Positions 27,871 to 42,402 of a DNA stretch of 64,000 nucleotides are shown one piece after another (the first letter of the stretch is position 1; each line of letters opens with the position of its first letter). Below the pieces are notes generated by a model. The model was not told where the DNA came from. It made no database searches and saw nothing but the letters and a program-made list of their open reading frames with translations. Origin of the DNA: Microthyrium microscopicum (taxonomy: Eukaryota); the NCBI GenBank assembly GCA_010405405.1, contig MU004233.1, positions 1,129,122-1,193,121 of the forward strand, written 5' to 3'. Both the position numbers and the translations under genes were made by a program.

Positions 27871-28439
27871 TCCAGGAACAGTAGAGGTTAAAAAGGATTA
27901 GAGAGCTGCAGTTGGGCCCAAGGCAGGACATGCGATGCAGGCCATGACTACCTACTTTCCTCCTACAGACACGAAATACCAATATTTTGAGTCTGATGGT
28001 TTGTAATCCTTAAACCGGGCGCTTGGTGTTGGCAAGAGGTCGACAAAATAAATGGCGCGCTTCCAACGAGTGCGATGGCTCCCATACAAGATGATATGCT
28101 ATGGAGTGCTTTATTTGCCATAGAGCGCGTTCAGACTTCGATTATTTATCGAATGCGATGGGAAATATAGCACGTTTGACTTAACAACGTTCGTGGGAGC
28201 CATCGACGCTGATGGGAGAACGCCAGTTATTTTGTCCATCGGTTGTGTTGGCAAAAGCAATGGTCGTGCGTAGACTTCTGGAAGTGATATCAGGGTCTCG
28301 CTAAGCTGCATCATGACGTTGCAGCTCCATGAATTTCTTCGCTTAACTGTTCCTATGGAATCGCCGGTCTGACCTGAAATGTAATCAAGCGCCACACTAA
28401 CACGCTGCGAGAATGATTTGATGACCTGCAGAATACCAC

Positions 28440-30138
28440 TCACTCTTCCAGTGAGAAGTCGAACTCCTTGAACGCCTCCTTAAACCGCGTGGCATCCCGC
28501 TCTTCATCCTCCAAACTCTGCCCACAATCATGCCAATCAGCACGTCTATCCAGCTCCAGCAACTTGGCCAGTACGCGCCGTCCAAATTGGAGATCAAACC
28601 GGAACGACTCATCAAGTGGTAGTACTAAACTGCTGTCTTTACCTGTAGCTGGATCCCACACCAGCACACGGAAGTAGTCGTCTGGCTCACTCTCATCTAT
28701 CGCCCGATGGCTGTCGAACTTGGGATACTTTTGATTCTCCGCCTCGACTTTGAACGCCGCACTCACAAGCCCACGTTGTAGTAGACTGGCTGGTACGGGT
28801 AGCCATTGCCAATGGATGTGTACGCCGTTTGCGCGGCTGACTTCCCAGGTGACGGAGGCGAGGTCGGGTGATTTAGCTTTGAGCATGCTGTTGAGGGCGG
28901 AGCGGTAGAGATGCATTTCTTTGGCAGTTGTGGTACGAGATCCTTCTTCTTGAATGAGGCCGAGTGTTGGGGTGTGTATGAGAGGAATGATGAGGATGTG
29001 GCCGGGGAATTCTAGCTTGGGGAAGGAAGCTTCTGTAGTGAGTGGACCTTTGGCTGTGGTTAGATAGACGTCAGTGCCGATGGAGGTGATCAGCTGAGTT
29101 GCTATGTCGGGATTTGAGAGACAGAAGAAGCACTCTTCTGGTGCGGGTGGGCCACGTTTGGCATGCTTGTGCCGCTTACGGGGTCTTGAATCCGAATAGC
29201 CTTGATCGTTTGAGTATCTGAACGAGTTCTGATCTGCGGTCGGCGCTCGCTTTTTCGTTGCCAGAGAAAGTGGTGTGGTTGTTGTTCCTGTAGGTATTGT
29301 GAGTGGCGCTGCGGCTGTCGGATCTATCGTAAAGGCGTATATCCATCTCTGTTTGAGCGAATTGCCAAATGCCGCGAGACTGATGAATCGAGTAATGGAG
29401 AAGGTCTCGCTTTCTTCTTCTGAGAGATGGAAGAAGGGTTCTCGCTCGTAGAACAGACTGGGGGATGTGGTAAAGTGATATCGCGGTTTTAATGTCGTGC
29501 ATAGTTCGGCAACTGAAGGTCGGTACTGAAGGTTTTGTCCAGCAGGAAAATCAAGCTTCGAACCTTTGCGAATACCGTCAGGCCATTCGCTTGTGATCAA
29601 AATGTCGGCGTGATTAGCTCCTTTCAATGACTTTGCATCATCTTCAGAATAAGATCCGCTGTATTGGTCCTTGGATACTCCTGATAATTCCAGATCTGAC
29701 GCTCCACCGAGAGCGACTAACTTGATCCCCTCCGAGGTTTTCGTAGTTGTTCTCTTGCCCAAGAAGTACAGATTTGGACATAGTTCTCCTGCTGATTCTT
29801 CTAATTTGAATGCTACTTTTTCTGGAAGTGAATAGTGGCCAAGGGAGAAGTAAGTTGGAAGTGGAATATCGATTTTGCCTGCGACAAGTTTGGTTACAAC
29901 CTCCGCATCGTCATTGGTAGTTTCATCCGGGTTTTTGAAGAGGTTTCCAGCGATTATCGCAAAGGCGAATTTGGTTTTTGCATGAAGCGCACCCAGTTTC
30001 TGGAAAACTGGTTCTATTTGCCCATTCACGTCGCCAACAACGACCCTGAATATATATTAGCTACGAACTCGATAGCGGTTGACATGGCTGGAAGCTTCTG
30101 CACAAAGAAGGAAATACTTACACTTTACTAGGCGCCAT
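28440..30138 (-). CDS. DRN1: CWF19-like protein 1 / Drn1 (metallophosphoesterase-like N-terminus plus CwfJ C-terminal domains)
   Basis: VVVGDVNG, DILITSEWP, LKPRYHF, YEREPF, CFFCLSNP, TTAKGPL, HIHWQWLPVP, FDLQFGRRV and FKEFDFSL. Confidence 0.92.
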
Positions 30139-31037
30139 GTCGATGAGAGGATGGGTATGTTATGTGCAAGAGTGAGGCTCGAATTCACATTAAATCTCCA
30201 TAGAAAAGGCGACTGAGCGCTAGTCCATCTTTGGCGAGGCTATCAAAGCAGCCAATCAGTAGCTAGCTCAGCCTTGTGTTAAGCCTTACACTTCCTTCAG
30301 CACTGCAACTACCAAATGGCCATAACCTCATTCACAAGAGGGGATGGCTGACCCAAACAACCAAAAACCAATATCAAAAACATTCCAAAAAAAGGCAAAA
30401 AGTTCACCACACGTCTAAGTGGGGCTCTTAGACGTGTGGCTATGAAAACCAGGCAACCTGATTTTACGATGCAAACGGGGCTCGAACTGGGGTTGTTCAG
30501 CACACTTTCGTTAGACTTGGGTTGGACTACTCCCTTATTTACGCATCAGGCTAGCGCCACCGGCTCTTTCGAGATTCGAGCGGATGGTTAACCGAATATT
30601 GCGACCATTTATCCTAAAAGGATATCAACAAATCTCCAATCATTTGAATATATATCATAAACTAATGCAGAACATAATAAATTCATTGGCATACCCAGCT
30701 GCTTACTGGCTCTTAAAATCTTTCAAATATCAAAAAGGCCGGTGTCATAGGAGAAAAATATTATAAAAATGTCAAGTGGTTTAAGACCACGTCTTATTGA
30801 CCTGACTTTGTGAAAAGTACGGAGTGGGAGATACTGTACAATCAGTTACTTGTGGGACATACCATTCAATTCCGTTCTCGTTAGACATGTTGGTAGAATT
30901 GAGACCCCAATGAGACCATGATTTAGGAGGTTCTATCATCACGGCAACAACATGAACGGTGAGTGCAAAAGTGGGCCATGCCAAAACATTATCATTCCTC
31001 GTCTAAAGCGTAAACTCATACAAACGCATCACATCTT

Positions 31038-34000
31038 CTATCTAACGTCCTTTTCCTTCGTACACAACCGCTCAAACGCACCCCTCCACCAAACCAACTC
31101 CTCCGAGACCTTTGCACCCGGATGCTCAATCGACCAGTTCATCAGCTCCTCCAACTTCCCTCGTAGCATCTTCAGTGCCACCACCGTCTTCCAGTCCTTA
31201 ACAGCAAACCGCAGGCGATTCGAGTCAATGGTAATGACACCAGCATGTAGCTTGAATTCAGCCTCGCCGGCTAGTAGCACAAGAGGCACTTCGTGCGCAA
31301 TTGTCGTGCTCTGTGCGTTCGTCGCGTTGCTGTATTTACTGCCGCTCTGCATGATACTGTAGTAGCTGAGATACTTGAGTTTGCCATTGTTCTTGTTCAC
31401 GCTCGTTGGGTGCAGCGAGATGGGCTGATTGTTCATAACTGAGCGAAATCCGCGACCATCGCGAAGAAGAAGCTTGGGGTAGAAGGCCCATGAGATTACG
31501 GCTGATGTGATAATGTCGTTGGGCGAGTTACGATCGAGGTCGCGAGGTACATGCACAAAACCGGCAGCACCGCGCTTGATAGCGCCGTGGTGACGATGCT
31601 TGGGCATATCGGAACGATTTAGGGGTACCATGCCGGTGTCGGCTAATGATTGGTAGAGTTGGGCTTTGAGATCCTCGATGTTAGACAAGACCTGAGGTGA
31701 TAAGTAGTTCTTGCGACAGAAGGCGAAGATGTTCTCGTTAGGGTGTTCAGATACTCGGCGCCAGGCACTGTACGCGTTGTAGACCGTCAGGAGGTCAGAA
31801 TCACCGCGAGCAAAAGCGAGGCGCGAAATGTCAGCTTGTTGACGAGAACCAAAGGGCGTGAGGAAAGGAGATTTAGAGCTGAGGATTGCGGCGATGGTGA
31901 GCCCGGCATCAAGACAGCCAAAAGTAGCGGAGAGTATGCAGAGTTTGCCAAGATGAGCGTCGAGTGATAGCTTTGCAAGCTGACGGCCAAGAGGCGTCAA
32001 CTCTTCCGCTTGGGTCAAGGCACCAACTTCGATAAGAGAGTCAATGGCGCGTCGTATGTTCTTGGTAGTTGGCGGATCTAGCGCTTGGCCCAAAGTGTCT
32101 TCAATGTCTCCCAACCCGGACGTCTTGACGCTCATGACAAGATCTTGCAAAGAAAGACGAAGCATTTCCGGGGTCTGCTGAGGCGCCATCAAGTTATCAT
32201 GTCGATGTTTCGTAAATAAATGGTAACAAATCCCTTCTTGGACTCGGCCTGCTCGACCTCGTCGCTGTTTCGCATTGGCTCTAGAGATGAATGCCTGAGT
32301 AAGTCTGGAGAGCTGCCGTCGTTCGTCAAATCGCATCTCTCGATGCTTACCTGTGTCAATGACACAGGTCACATCTGGAATCGTGACACCAGTTTCGGCA
32401 ATGTTTGTTGACAGAACGATCTTCATCTGACCTTCTGGTGGAATGACAAATGCTGCTTGTTGCTCTTCGCTTGAGACAGATGAGTGAAGGGGGTATATTC
32501 GACAGTTGAACGCTGGATGACTTGCGAGCATGTCATTGAGTTCGCGAATTTCGCCAATACCAGGAAGAAAGACGAGGATGGCCTTGCTGAAACGGGCGAA
32601 CTCTGGTTTGGTCACAATGGCCTCCATCAACTTAACAATCAATTGAAAGTCAATCCTATACTCGTCGTAGCTCGCCAGTGCGTTACGAGTCTCGACGCTG
32701 TAGCCTTGGAGTTCACCAGAGATTCCTGATCCTTCTTGGTCGACATCACCGTCTTCTTGTTCCTCTGTCTCTACGGCTTGCTTCTTCCCACCCGCGTAAT
32801 TCGTGGTTTCGATCGCGTCCTCGAGGAAAAAAGTATTGACTGGGAAAGTGCGTCCTGGAACTTCGATGATCGGTGCGCCATCGAAGTAATTTGAGAACCG
32901 TTGAGAATCGACAGTGGCAGACATGAGAATTACTTTGAAATCTGGTCGGCGTGCCAGTAATGTGCGTAGCAATATAAGTAGAAAATCCGTCTGTATGGAT
33001 CGCTCATGAACTTCGTCAACGATAAGATGCGTATATTCATCCAAACCTTTGGATGATTCCAACATTCGAAGAACAACTCCGGTGGTGGCGTATATTAGTC
33101 GGGTCAAAACACCGATACTTGTTTCCAATCGAACTGCATATCCAACAAGTGATTGGGATGTGCCAACTTCATTAGGTTCTTCGCCTAGCTCCTGGCTGAC
33201 TCGGCCGGCTAATGATATGGCAGATATTCGACGTGGCTCGGTACACAGAATCTTGCATTCTTGGTTTGCGAGCAAATATGATTCCAGAATATAGGCTGGA
33301 AGTTGGGTACTCTTGCCACAGCCTGTCTCTCCGCATAGTATGGTGACCTGTGAGGCATGAATTGTAGCCAAGGCAGTGTCTCGAAATGCAAACATTGGCA
33401 GAGTAACTCTAAACTGTAGCATATTTTGATATAAGGGACCCATGATGCGTTGTTGCCAGACTTGTTGGGCATAAAACCATGCCGGGTACTGAAAGCCATC
33501 AGGTCCATTCTTGGTATCCTCACCGCCTCCTCTTAAGTTTCCTTGATCACGGTTGCGCAATGCTGCGGTAAAAACAAGCCCATTCTCTTCTTCAGCTTTA
33601 ATGTGTTCTCGGACAATATTTCGAATATCCTTGACTTCGTCACGGTCGCTAGCATCACGAAGAGACTTTCGGAAAACCAAGAACTCGTCCCACAAGTCTC
33701 GCCAGGGGCCAGCGAGTTTCAATGAAACCTTTTCTCGGGGAGAGTTGGAGAAAATGCAAAACAGAGCTACTGTGGCCACAAATGCCTCGCTTTGTTGCAC
33801 ATCGGTGGCGGCGAGAGTTGTCATAACGAATGTAGACTTTATGACTCTTGACTTGTCTTTAAGAGATGGTTCTTGGGCAAACGCTATTCCTGGTGGGGTC
33901 TCATCCAGAACTTTCTCTTGACTTTTGGACCACGCGACTGATACAGAGTGACGACAGGAATAAGTTGTGGGAGAAACTTGACGGAATGTAATCTTCACGA

Positions 34001-35455
34001 TCGAATCACTATGAAATATTAGTCAATGTTAACGAAAGGATAGTTGGACTATTACCGAGCTCGACAAGCATCCTCAAGAAGCCGGCGAGGACTGACACCA
34101 GTAATTTTACCAAACTCACGTAGCGTGATAGCCTCGTTACCGGCAGCATTTACTGCAGTTTCATCATCACCCTGGGCCCCTGGTTCAGTGAACATGTCCA
34201 TTGGGAGCTCCCCTTCAGACTCATCGGTTTCCTCAGGTGTTCTTCCGGCACTTTTCGAGGGCGACCGTCTTGTGGGCGATCGTTTGGAAGGTGAGCGGCT
34301 CTTCGAAGGTGAAGCGCTTTCATCACCGCTGGATACCACCGACTCTGATCGTGAGGAGCGTTTGATTGGGTTGACGTTCTCCCGAGTCATACGAAGACGC
34401 TCAATATTCCACCGTTGTTTTGCGATTTGGTCGTCAAACAAAGCATCGCCTTCTATCCGTTTGAGTTTGTCTTGCATCTTTCTTACGCTGGGCGAATTCG
34501 AGGTAATGGAAGGGGTTAGAGCCTTTCGCGACTTCTTCTCGAATGCATTGGCTGCCAAATCGGGATGTATCGTGAAGAGGCGAGATTTTGTTGACAGATA
34601 TGTAGAAATGAGATCTTCAGGCTCAGCATCGCTATCTAGATCACTGACTTCAAACTCGTCTTGAATATCCAAAACTTGGACAATTTTGGGAGAAATAGGA
34701 ACGCTCACACTAGTTCGACTAGAGGATTTGAGTGGTGTCACATTTCCAGTTTGAGGCCGTGATGATTCAGAATCATCGAAAGGATCTGGAGCAATCTGGG
34801 GTCTTGAAATATCAAATGCAGGTAGTTCAGATGGTTCGGCATCAAGAGCTAGACGATCTAGACAGTCATGGAGGCCCCAGATATAAGCCCCATTTTCCAC
34901 TTCACCGTCTTTGAGCTGGAGAGATCGTAATAACTTGTAGACACGGTCTTTGGTCACGCCAATACCAAGTAGTGCTCGAGAAAGGGACCAGAATCGTATC
35001 ACCCAGTCTTCCTCTGACACATCTTTGGGCAGAGGCGCGGCAATTATGCTGTCGCGTTCTTTTTTGGCATAGTCAAGTACTTGCTGGAGTAATTCGTCCG
35101 GCAACCAGCTGAAAGTGCTAACAAGATGAGATTGGGGACGAACAACTCGGCAGTCTGTTTGAATCTTGGAAATCTGGCGCTGAGAGTCGCGAATGACCTT
35201 GGAACTGAAGGAGTCAATAAAGGTTTGTAACTCTTCTAACTCTAGGCGTTGTTCGAGCTCCTCAGAAGAAAGCTCATGAATTTCCTTATCCTGCTGTGAT
35301 GCTGCGACATTTTCATCTTTCGCAGCATCTGCAGAGGTCTCTGGTTTTGCGACGAGATTGTCCTTCTCGTCATCGCGTGTTTTGGTAGAGGCGACACTGG
35401 TAGTCGCAAACCCTCTGGCTGGATTGGCAACAACCTTCTTCTTCTTTTTGGCCAT
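31038..35455 (-). CDS. DEAH-box RNA helicase (DHX29/DHX57-like); 2 exons
   Basis: GETGCGKSTQ, DEVHER, MSAT, STNIAETGVT and QRRGRAGR, followed by an HA2-like region. N-terminus MAKKKKK...NPARGFATTS. Intron near 34010-34054. Confidence 0.93.
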
Positions 35456-35721
35456 TTTTGTTATAGGATGGCGGCCTAGTTTTTCCAAGCTCAGGATGAG
35501 CGGATTTGAAGGAATTCAATGGCAAGTATCGGTGTTGAAGTGAATAATTGTTGTCGGGTGAAATTGAAGGAACCCTAGCCCAAGTAAAAAGCGACAGGAC
35601 AGGGGGGTAGTCTAGTGCCAAAATTAGTGGTGCCTGCTCCAGTGTCTTGCTGCCAGATTGAACTTGATTTATACCAGACCAATTCCCTCACCTTCTTCCC
35701 ATCCACGCTCTTTATACCGCC

Positions 35722-36428
35722 ATGGCTCCCAATCTCACCCTCTTCTCCGTAAACGCAATACTGATCCTAAGCACCGATGACTCATCGCGAATCCTAGCCA
35801 AATATTATGCCGCCCCGCATCCTCCACATGGAACTCCTGTGGGATCCACAACATATCCAGGCGCGAACCCATACCCAACAGTAAAGGACCAGAAGGCATT
35901 CGAGAAAGGACTGCTAGAAAAGACCGCGAAACAAACAAGCGATGTCATACTTTACGACAACAGAGTGGTGGTGTTCAAGCAAGAAAGCGACGTGATGCTG
36001 GTCAGTGCCTTTATCAACAATGTTCACAGTTCTATATCGCTAATGTGGTTTACAGTACGTTGTGGGCGGTGCTGAAGAAAACGAAATTCACCTATTTAAT
36101 GTCGTCCTCGCCCTTCGAGATTCCTTAAATATACTCCTCAAGTCGGTCACAACTTTATACATTTTACGTTATACTAATACTCCCCAGAAACTCTGTCGAC
36201 AAGAGAACGGTCATTGAGAACTACGACCTTGTCAGCTTGGCAATAGATGAAATCGTAGACGATGGCATTGTACTCGAGACGGACCCAGTCATAGTCGCCA
36301 CAAGAGTGAGCAGGCCACCAGCGCAAGATGCCAATGTGCGAGGAATTGAGCTCTCGGAACAAGGTGTATTAAACATATGGGAGTTTGGCAAAACCAAAGG
36401 TCTTGAATATCTGCGGCGAGGACTATGA
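35722..36428 (+). CDS. RET3: Coatomer subunit zeta; 3 exons
   Basis: RILAKYY, QKAFEKGLLEKT, YVVGGAEENE and IENYDLVSLAIDEIVDDGIVLETDP. Confidence 0.95.
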
Positions 36429-36881
36429 GAAGGCTGTTCATTTCAGCTTCAAGTCTCTGGATAAAATGATGACGAGCAATGCAACTTCGAGCTTTAGACT
36501 GCTCGTACTTCGTGTTGTCAAGGCCTATAATGAGTTATGATGGTGGTACTGTAGAATGGCCGTATCGAAACGTGATAGCCACTATTGAGTTTGTAAACTC
36601 GCAATGATATGGATCTATGCTCATTATCCAGAAACTACTACAGAGATCTATGTGTTTCACTACTGTACGTAAAAGACAAAACTTCCATGGAGTGAAATAT
36701 AAGGTAGAAAAATATTTGTACTTGTTAATATGCGCGACCTATCTTGCCCGTGTGCTCTACCTTCCTCCATCCATGACATCAAAATGATTCATAATTGGAT
36801 TTTCTTAAAACCCAACCCACCTCCTTTCAACCCCACCACAAAACTTTCCTTTTCCACCATACATAATTGAATAACGCGAAG

Positions 36882-39800
36882 ATGAAGCAGCGGTTCTCGT
36901 CTCTAGATGTCCAGGTAAGTACTAATTCAAATTGATGTTGGAGAACTCATCGCTAACTCCTTAGGTAATGAGCCATGAGCTCTCTCAAAAGCTCCTCGGC
37001 CTCCGCGTCCACAACATCTACGACCTTTCTTCCCGCATCTTCCTCTTCAAGTTTCAGAAACCCGACCACCGCGAACAAGTTATCGTCGACGCAGGCTTTC
37101 GCTGTCATCTTACCTCATTTGTCCGCACTACTGCCGCCGAACCCTCCGTCTTCGTGCGTCGCCTCCGCAAACTCATCGGCTCGCGTCGCGTCACCAAAGT
37201 CTCGCAAGTAGGCACAGATCGGATCATAGAATTCCAATTCTCCGATGGCACATATCGGTTATACCTCGAGTTCTACGCCGCTGGCAACATCGTCGTCACT
37301 GATCAGGAGCTCAAGGTGCTGGCATTGTTTCGTAACGTGGCGGAGGGTGCGGAGCATGAGCAGTTGACGCTGGGATCGACATATAACTTGGAATCGAGGC
37401 AGAATTATGGCGGTGTGCCTGAATTGACGCGCGAGCGGATACAAAGTGGGCTGAAAGCGGCTGTGGAGCGGTCGGCAGGCGAGGAGAAGCCGACAAAAGG
37501 AAGGAAGAAGCAAGCGCATGCACTGCGAAAGGCGTTGGTGCAGTCGCTATCAGAATTTCCTCCTGTTTTGGTCGAGCATGCACTGCGTAGTCATGAATGG
37601 GACCCGGCTGTAACACCCGAAGCTGTTTTGGATAGCTCGGAGCTTCTGGATGGTTTATTGGAAGCTTTGAAGCACGCTCAGAAGATTGTGACCGATATCA
37701 CAGGATCGGAGCAGAACAAGGGATATATCATTGCTAAAAGACGAAGAGCCGCGGCCTCAACTGACTCCAAGCCGACTGAAGAGCAACAGTCTGAGGAAAA
37801 TGAGTCTCTTTTATACGAAGATTTTGCTCCCTTCAAGCCAAAGCAGTTTGAAGATAATTCAGACGTTGTTTGCTTGGAATTTGAAGGCTTCAACAAAACT
37901 GTCGACGAGTTCTTCTCCTCGATTGAAGGACAGAAGCTTGACAGCAAGCTACAAGAGCGAGAACTAACAGCAAAACGGAAGCTGGATGAAACAAGAAAAC
38001 AACATCAGCAACGCCTCGGATCACTAAAACAAACACAAGAGTTGAATATCCGAAAAGCAGAAGCAATACAGGCGAATGTGGAACGAGTGACAGAGGCGAC
38101 CGCTGCTGTGAATGGTCTCATTGCTCAAGGAATGGATTGGGACCACATAGGTCGTTTAATCGAAGCAGAGCAAAAGCGTGGAAATCCAGTGGCTCAGACA
38201 ATTCGCTTACCTTTGAAGCTACATGAGAATACCGTAACTTTGCTTCTGGGAGAGCCGGAAGGTGAAGATGAAGAGCCTTCGTTGACCAATGATTCTTCTT
38301 CCGACTCGGATACTTCTGACAGTGAAGAAGAAGAACCAACTAGAAAGCGACAGCCTACTCAATCTGCAAAAATTGACAAACGACTAGCTATTGATGTAGA
38401 GTTATCTTTATCTCCCTGGGCCAATGCCGAAGAGTATTACGACCAGAAGAAAGCTGCGGCTGGCAAGGAAGAACGGGCGGCCCAAGCATCATCTATGGCA
38501 CTGAAGAATGCTGAGCGCAAGATCACTGCCGACTTGAAAAAGGGGCTGAACAAGGAGAAGGAAATACTTCGACCAGTACGACAGCCATTCTGGTTCGAAA
38601 AGTTTTACTTCTTTATCTCATCGGATGGATACTTGGTCCTTGCCGGCAAAGATGGCCAGCAAACAGAATTCCTCTACAAACGTCACTTACGGAAAGGCGA
38701 TATTTTCGTGCATGCTGATATCAATGGCGCTTCGCCTGTCATTATCAAGAACAATCCAAGTATGCCAGATGCCCCGGTCCCACCTTCAACTTTGTCCCAA
38801 GCTGGCACTCTGTCGGTAGTCACATCAAGTGCATGGGATTCCAAAGCTCTTTTACCATCTTGGTGGGTTCACAGTGACCAGGTATCAAAGATGAGTCCGA
38901 ATGGAGATTATCTACAGCCAGCTTCATTCCATATCAAAGGTAGCAAGAACTTCCTACCACCTGCTCAACTACTAGTTGGCGTTGGTATGATATTTGAAGT
39001 ATCTGAGGAAAGCAAGGCGAATCATAACAAAAATCGATTCCAATATGGTTCCACAGAAGCGCCAGAAGCTATATCTCCAGAAGACGAGCCTGCCAAGGAC
39101 GAAGAGAGCGAAGGAGATTTCCCAGAAGCGAAGGCTGGCGAGGACAATGACGATGACAGTGATGAAGACTTCCCCGATGCTGCCCCAGTAGTCAAAGTGG
39201 ATAGTGATGACGAAGACTTTCCCGAAGCCAAACCAGCAGATGATAGCGATAGTGATGAAGAGACTGAGCAAACCAACAACCCTCTTCAACCAAAAACCAA
39301 CATCAGCGACTCAGACGAAGACTCCGACGCACCCACAACAACCCTTCCTCTCCGATCCGCCCCAGTTCCTTCCAATCCCCAAGTCGAGGACGACTCAACC
39401 TCTATCGCACCAACCGAAACCACTCTCTCCTCCAAGCCTGGCGCCCGTCACCTCTCCGCCAAAGAACGCCGCCTCCTCAAAAAAGGCATCGACCCATCTA
39501 GCGTCCCACGCAACACTTCCAACCTCGACTCAGACGATGACACCCGCTCAATCACCACCTCCGCCTTCCCCGGCAAATCCACGCCCCTTCCACGCGGCAA
39601 ACGCACCAAACTCAAGAAAGCAGCCGCCAAATACGCCCACCAAGACGAAGCCGACCGCGCCGCCGCCCTCGCCCGTCTAGGGTCCGCAGCACCCGCCTCA
39701 AAGACCAAAGAAGATGAAGCAGCGACCAAAAAGACCGCTGAACTCGAAGCCCAAGCGCAAAAACAACGACGTCGCGAACAACATCTCAAAGCTCAAGCAG

Positions 39801-40261
39801 TAGGCCGCGCGGAAGAAGATGCTCGCATGGCAGGCGGCGAAGAAGATGAAGTTGGCGCAGATATGGGCGTGCTAGATCGGCTTGTTGGTCGTCTCCTTCC
39901 AGGCGATGAAATCGTCGCTACATTCCCGGTGTGTGCGCCGTGGAGTGCGCTGTCAACGTTCAAGTACCGCGCCAAAATGCAGCCTGGTGCATTGAAGAAA
40001 GGCAAAGCGGCGCGCGAAGTGCTGGGCAAGTGGCAAGCAGTCATTAAAGTTGCTCGTAATGTTGATCCGAGCGGGATGAAGTCTGAATTTGTGTGGCCGA
40101 ATGAGGCGGCGGGGATAGCGGGTGTTAAGGAGACTGAGGTTATTGCTGTTATGCCGGTGGGCAAGGTTAGAGTTATGATGCCGGGTGGAAATGCTAGTGG
40201 GAAGGACGTCAAGGGCAAGGGAAAGGCTGCTCGGGGTGGCAAAGGCAGCAAGCGACGATGA
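36882..40261 (+). CDS. RQC2: Ribosome quality control complex subunit Rqc2/NEMF (NFACT domains plus DUF3441)
   Basis: MKQRFSSLDV|intron; NIYDLSSRIFLFKF, QVGTDRII, WFEKFYFFISSDGYLVLAGKD, VHADINGA and PVCAPWSAL...KYRAKMQPG. Confidence 0.95.
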
Positions 40262-40409
40262 TGAGAAAAAGAGACGGTCTTTTGATGATATGATGTTGTT
40301 CATTATTATGCATAGCGAGGCCATGGTGCGCCGTATATAGAAATCATTCAATGCTAGTCATCCAACATGCTTAAAACTCCATCGCATGCTCAAAGTCTCA
40401 GGCGCGTAA

Positions 40410-42121
40410 TTAGAATTCCATCGCGTCCTCCTCGCGCTCGCGCTTCACGATCTTCTCTTCCTTGAGAAGACCGGCCACGAAACCACGGAAGTATTCAACG
40501 TATGGCTTGAGCGTTGTCTTCTCCCAGTCTGGCATCTTCTTCTGTGCCTCCGTTTCTCCTTCCGGATGGTCTTTGTGCCACTGGTCAATCTCGGCCAGGA
40601 GATCTAGGACCGTGGGCACTGCGAATGGATCAAAGTCCTCTAGTGCTCGTACGTCAATCGGTACGCAGACTCGTCCTGTGCCAGGATGGACACAGAATGG
40701 GCTCTTGAGCAAATGGTTGAGTTTCTTGGACACTTCGGCATCGAGTCGTGGGTACGTGTACTCCAAGACAATATCTTGCTTCGCTTCCAGAAGAGCTTTT
40801 GTGTCCAAGTTTTTGCTTACGCCGGATGAGGCGAGGCTGTCGATATCTGCCCACTTGTTTGAACTAGATCGTCCTGGCGCGGAGTCCCATTTCTGCCGTA
40901 AGGCGTCGGCGAGTGGCTTGTCTGGAATTAGTTGGAGTAGATCCGCGGCCTTTTCATCTGTTTCCCATGGATCTTGATTGATTAGAACATCGGCTTGAAA
41001 GTGATCTCGCAGAACACGTAAACTTCGGCTGTGCATAAGTTAGTAGCTGATCTCATTGTATACCAGGCAACTCACTCTAGATGTGGATGCAACGGTCTCC
41101 GCGCGTTGACTTTCTTTCCACTCTTATCACCACCCTTGAGCAACTCCAGATATCCCGCAATCGCCCTCCTCCTGTGATCGTCCAGCTCTCGCGCCCGGCG
41201 GTCACATACCCATGCGTGAGCACCTCTTCGTCCAGAGTACACCCATAACACGTGCTTGAATCCGAAATCATCCTTGAGTGCTACATCCACCACCTTCACA
41301 GCCATGGTGATAAACTGCCAGCATTTGGAGCAAATTTTGGCACCAGAACAGCATGTGCGAATTGGATCGTAGTCAGTCATGTCGATATCGAAGACGAGTT
41401 CTTTAGATACGGGCTTGAACATGGTTGATTTGCGGAGGGTTTTGCGATCGCGTGGGTTGGAGGAGTAGACGGGTCCAATCTCGAATCGAGAGGGTACGAG
41501 TTGGACGCATTGTTTCTTGAGGCTGGTGGAGATATTAGCGTATGAAAAGGGCATGAGCGTGATATCTTACAGGTCTGCGGATGGGAAGGATTGGTATCGT
41601 AGGTATGCGTCATTGGGAAGCGTGAATGCAAACTCGCGGAAGCCAAAATCCTTGGTCGGTGTAGGATGATGGCTGAGCCAATGGCAAAGGTACCGGAAAG
41701 GGAAGAGACGTTGGTAGAAGGCACGCATTACTTCAGGATCGGTAGCTTTCGCCTCGTGTATGGATATTTCGTTGATTCCATTGTCGATTGGTAGGCTGGA
41801 TAGCATATCATCGTCGCTGTCTTCATCATCAAACATCTCTTCCAGTTTTGTCTTTGGCTTCTCATCGGTCTTTGTTTCGAGCTTGTGCTGCGCTTTGATT
41901 TCGTCTTTTGCGTGGGGAATGGCTAGGCTAGACATCATTTCGTCGTCACTGTCGTCGTCAAACATGTCTTCCATGTTTGCTTGGTGGTTCTCTTTATCTG
42001 AGCTTTCGGAGGGAACATCGCCAACTGCGAATGCTGGTGGACTTGATGGTTGAGCGGTTGATTGTGTCTCGGTGACATCCTCCATGATTGCATCTTCAGA
42101 CAAAAGAACACCGGGTGCCAT
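40410..42121 (-). CDS. PRI1: DNA primase small (catalytic) subunit; 3 exons
   Basis: FYQRLFPF, REFAFTL, PSRFEIGPVY, KELVFDIDMTDY, YSGRRGAHAW and HLLKSPFCVHPGTGRVCVP. Confidence 0.96.
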
Positions 42122-42212
42122 GTTTGCGGATCAGTCAAATTGTTGCGTTCAAGAAAGTCGATATGTTTCTTGGTGTACAAGTCAAGACTGGAGGTTCGAG
42201 GATGAACTTTAG

Positions 42213-42236
42213 ACGCGTTTTCAACACGCGACGCGT
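42213..42236. promoter_or_regulatory. Clustered MluI cell-cycle boxes (MCB, ACGCGT) upstream of PRI1
   Basis: ACGCGT at 42213-42218 and 42231-42236, plus ACGCGA at 42226-42231, ~90-115 bp upstream of the primase ATG. This arrangement is typical of MBF-regulated replication genes. Confidence 0.7.
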
Positions 42237-42361
42237 AGCCAATTAAGATGGGGCAAGTCTATACCTGGATATGGCCACCGCTTTGTAAGAGAAGTTGATT
42301 TTCGAAATCCAAACTCGTTAAATCAAGCGCTGAGTGCTTGAAGATTCTAGGAAAACATAAA

Positions 42362-42402
42362 ATTCGCGAAAACCACACGGTACGTGTCGTGGTTTCGCGA
42401 AT
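42362..42402. repeat. Imperfect inverted repeat containing CGCGAAA (SCB/MCB-like) elements in the PRI1/DUF1917 divergent promoter
   Basis: ATTCGCGAAAACCAC...GTGGTTTCGCGAAT arms with an inner ACACG-GTA-CGTGT palindrome. Confidence 0.55.
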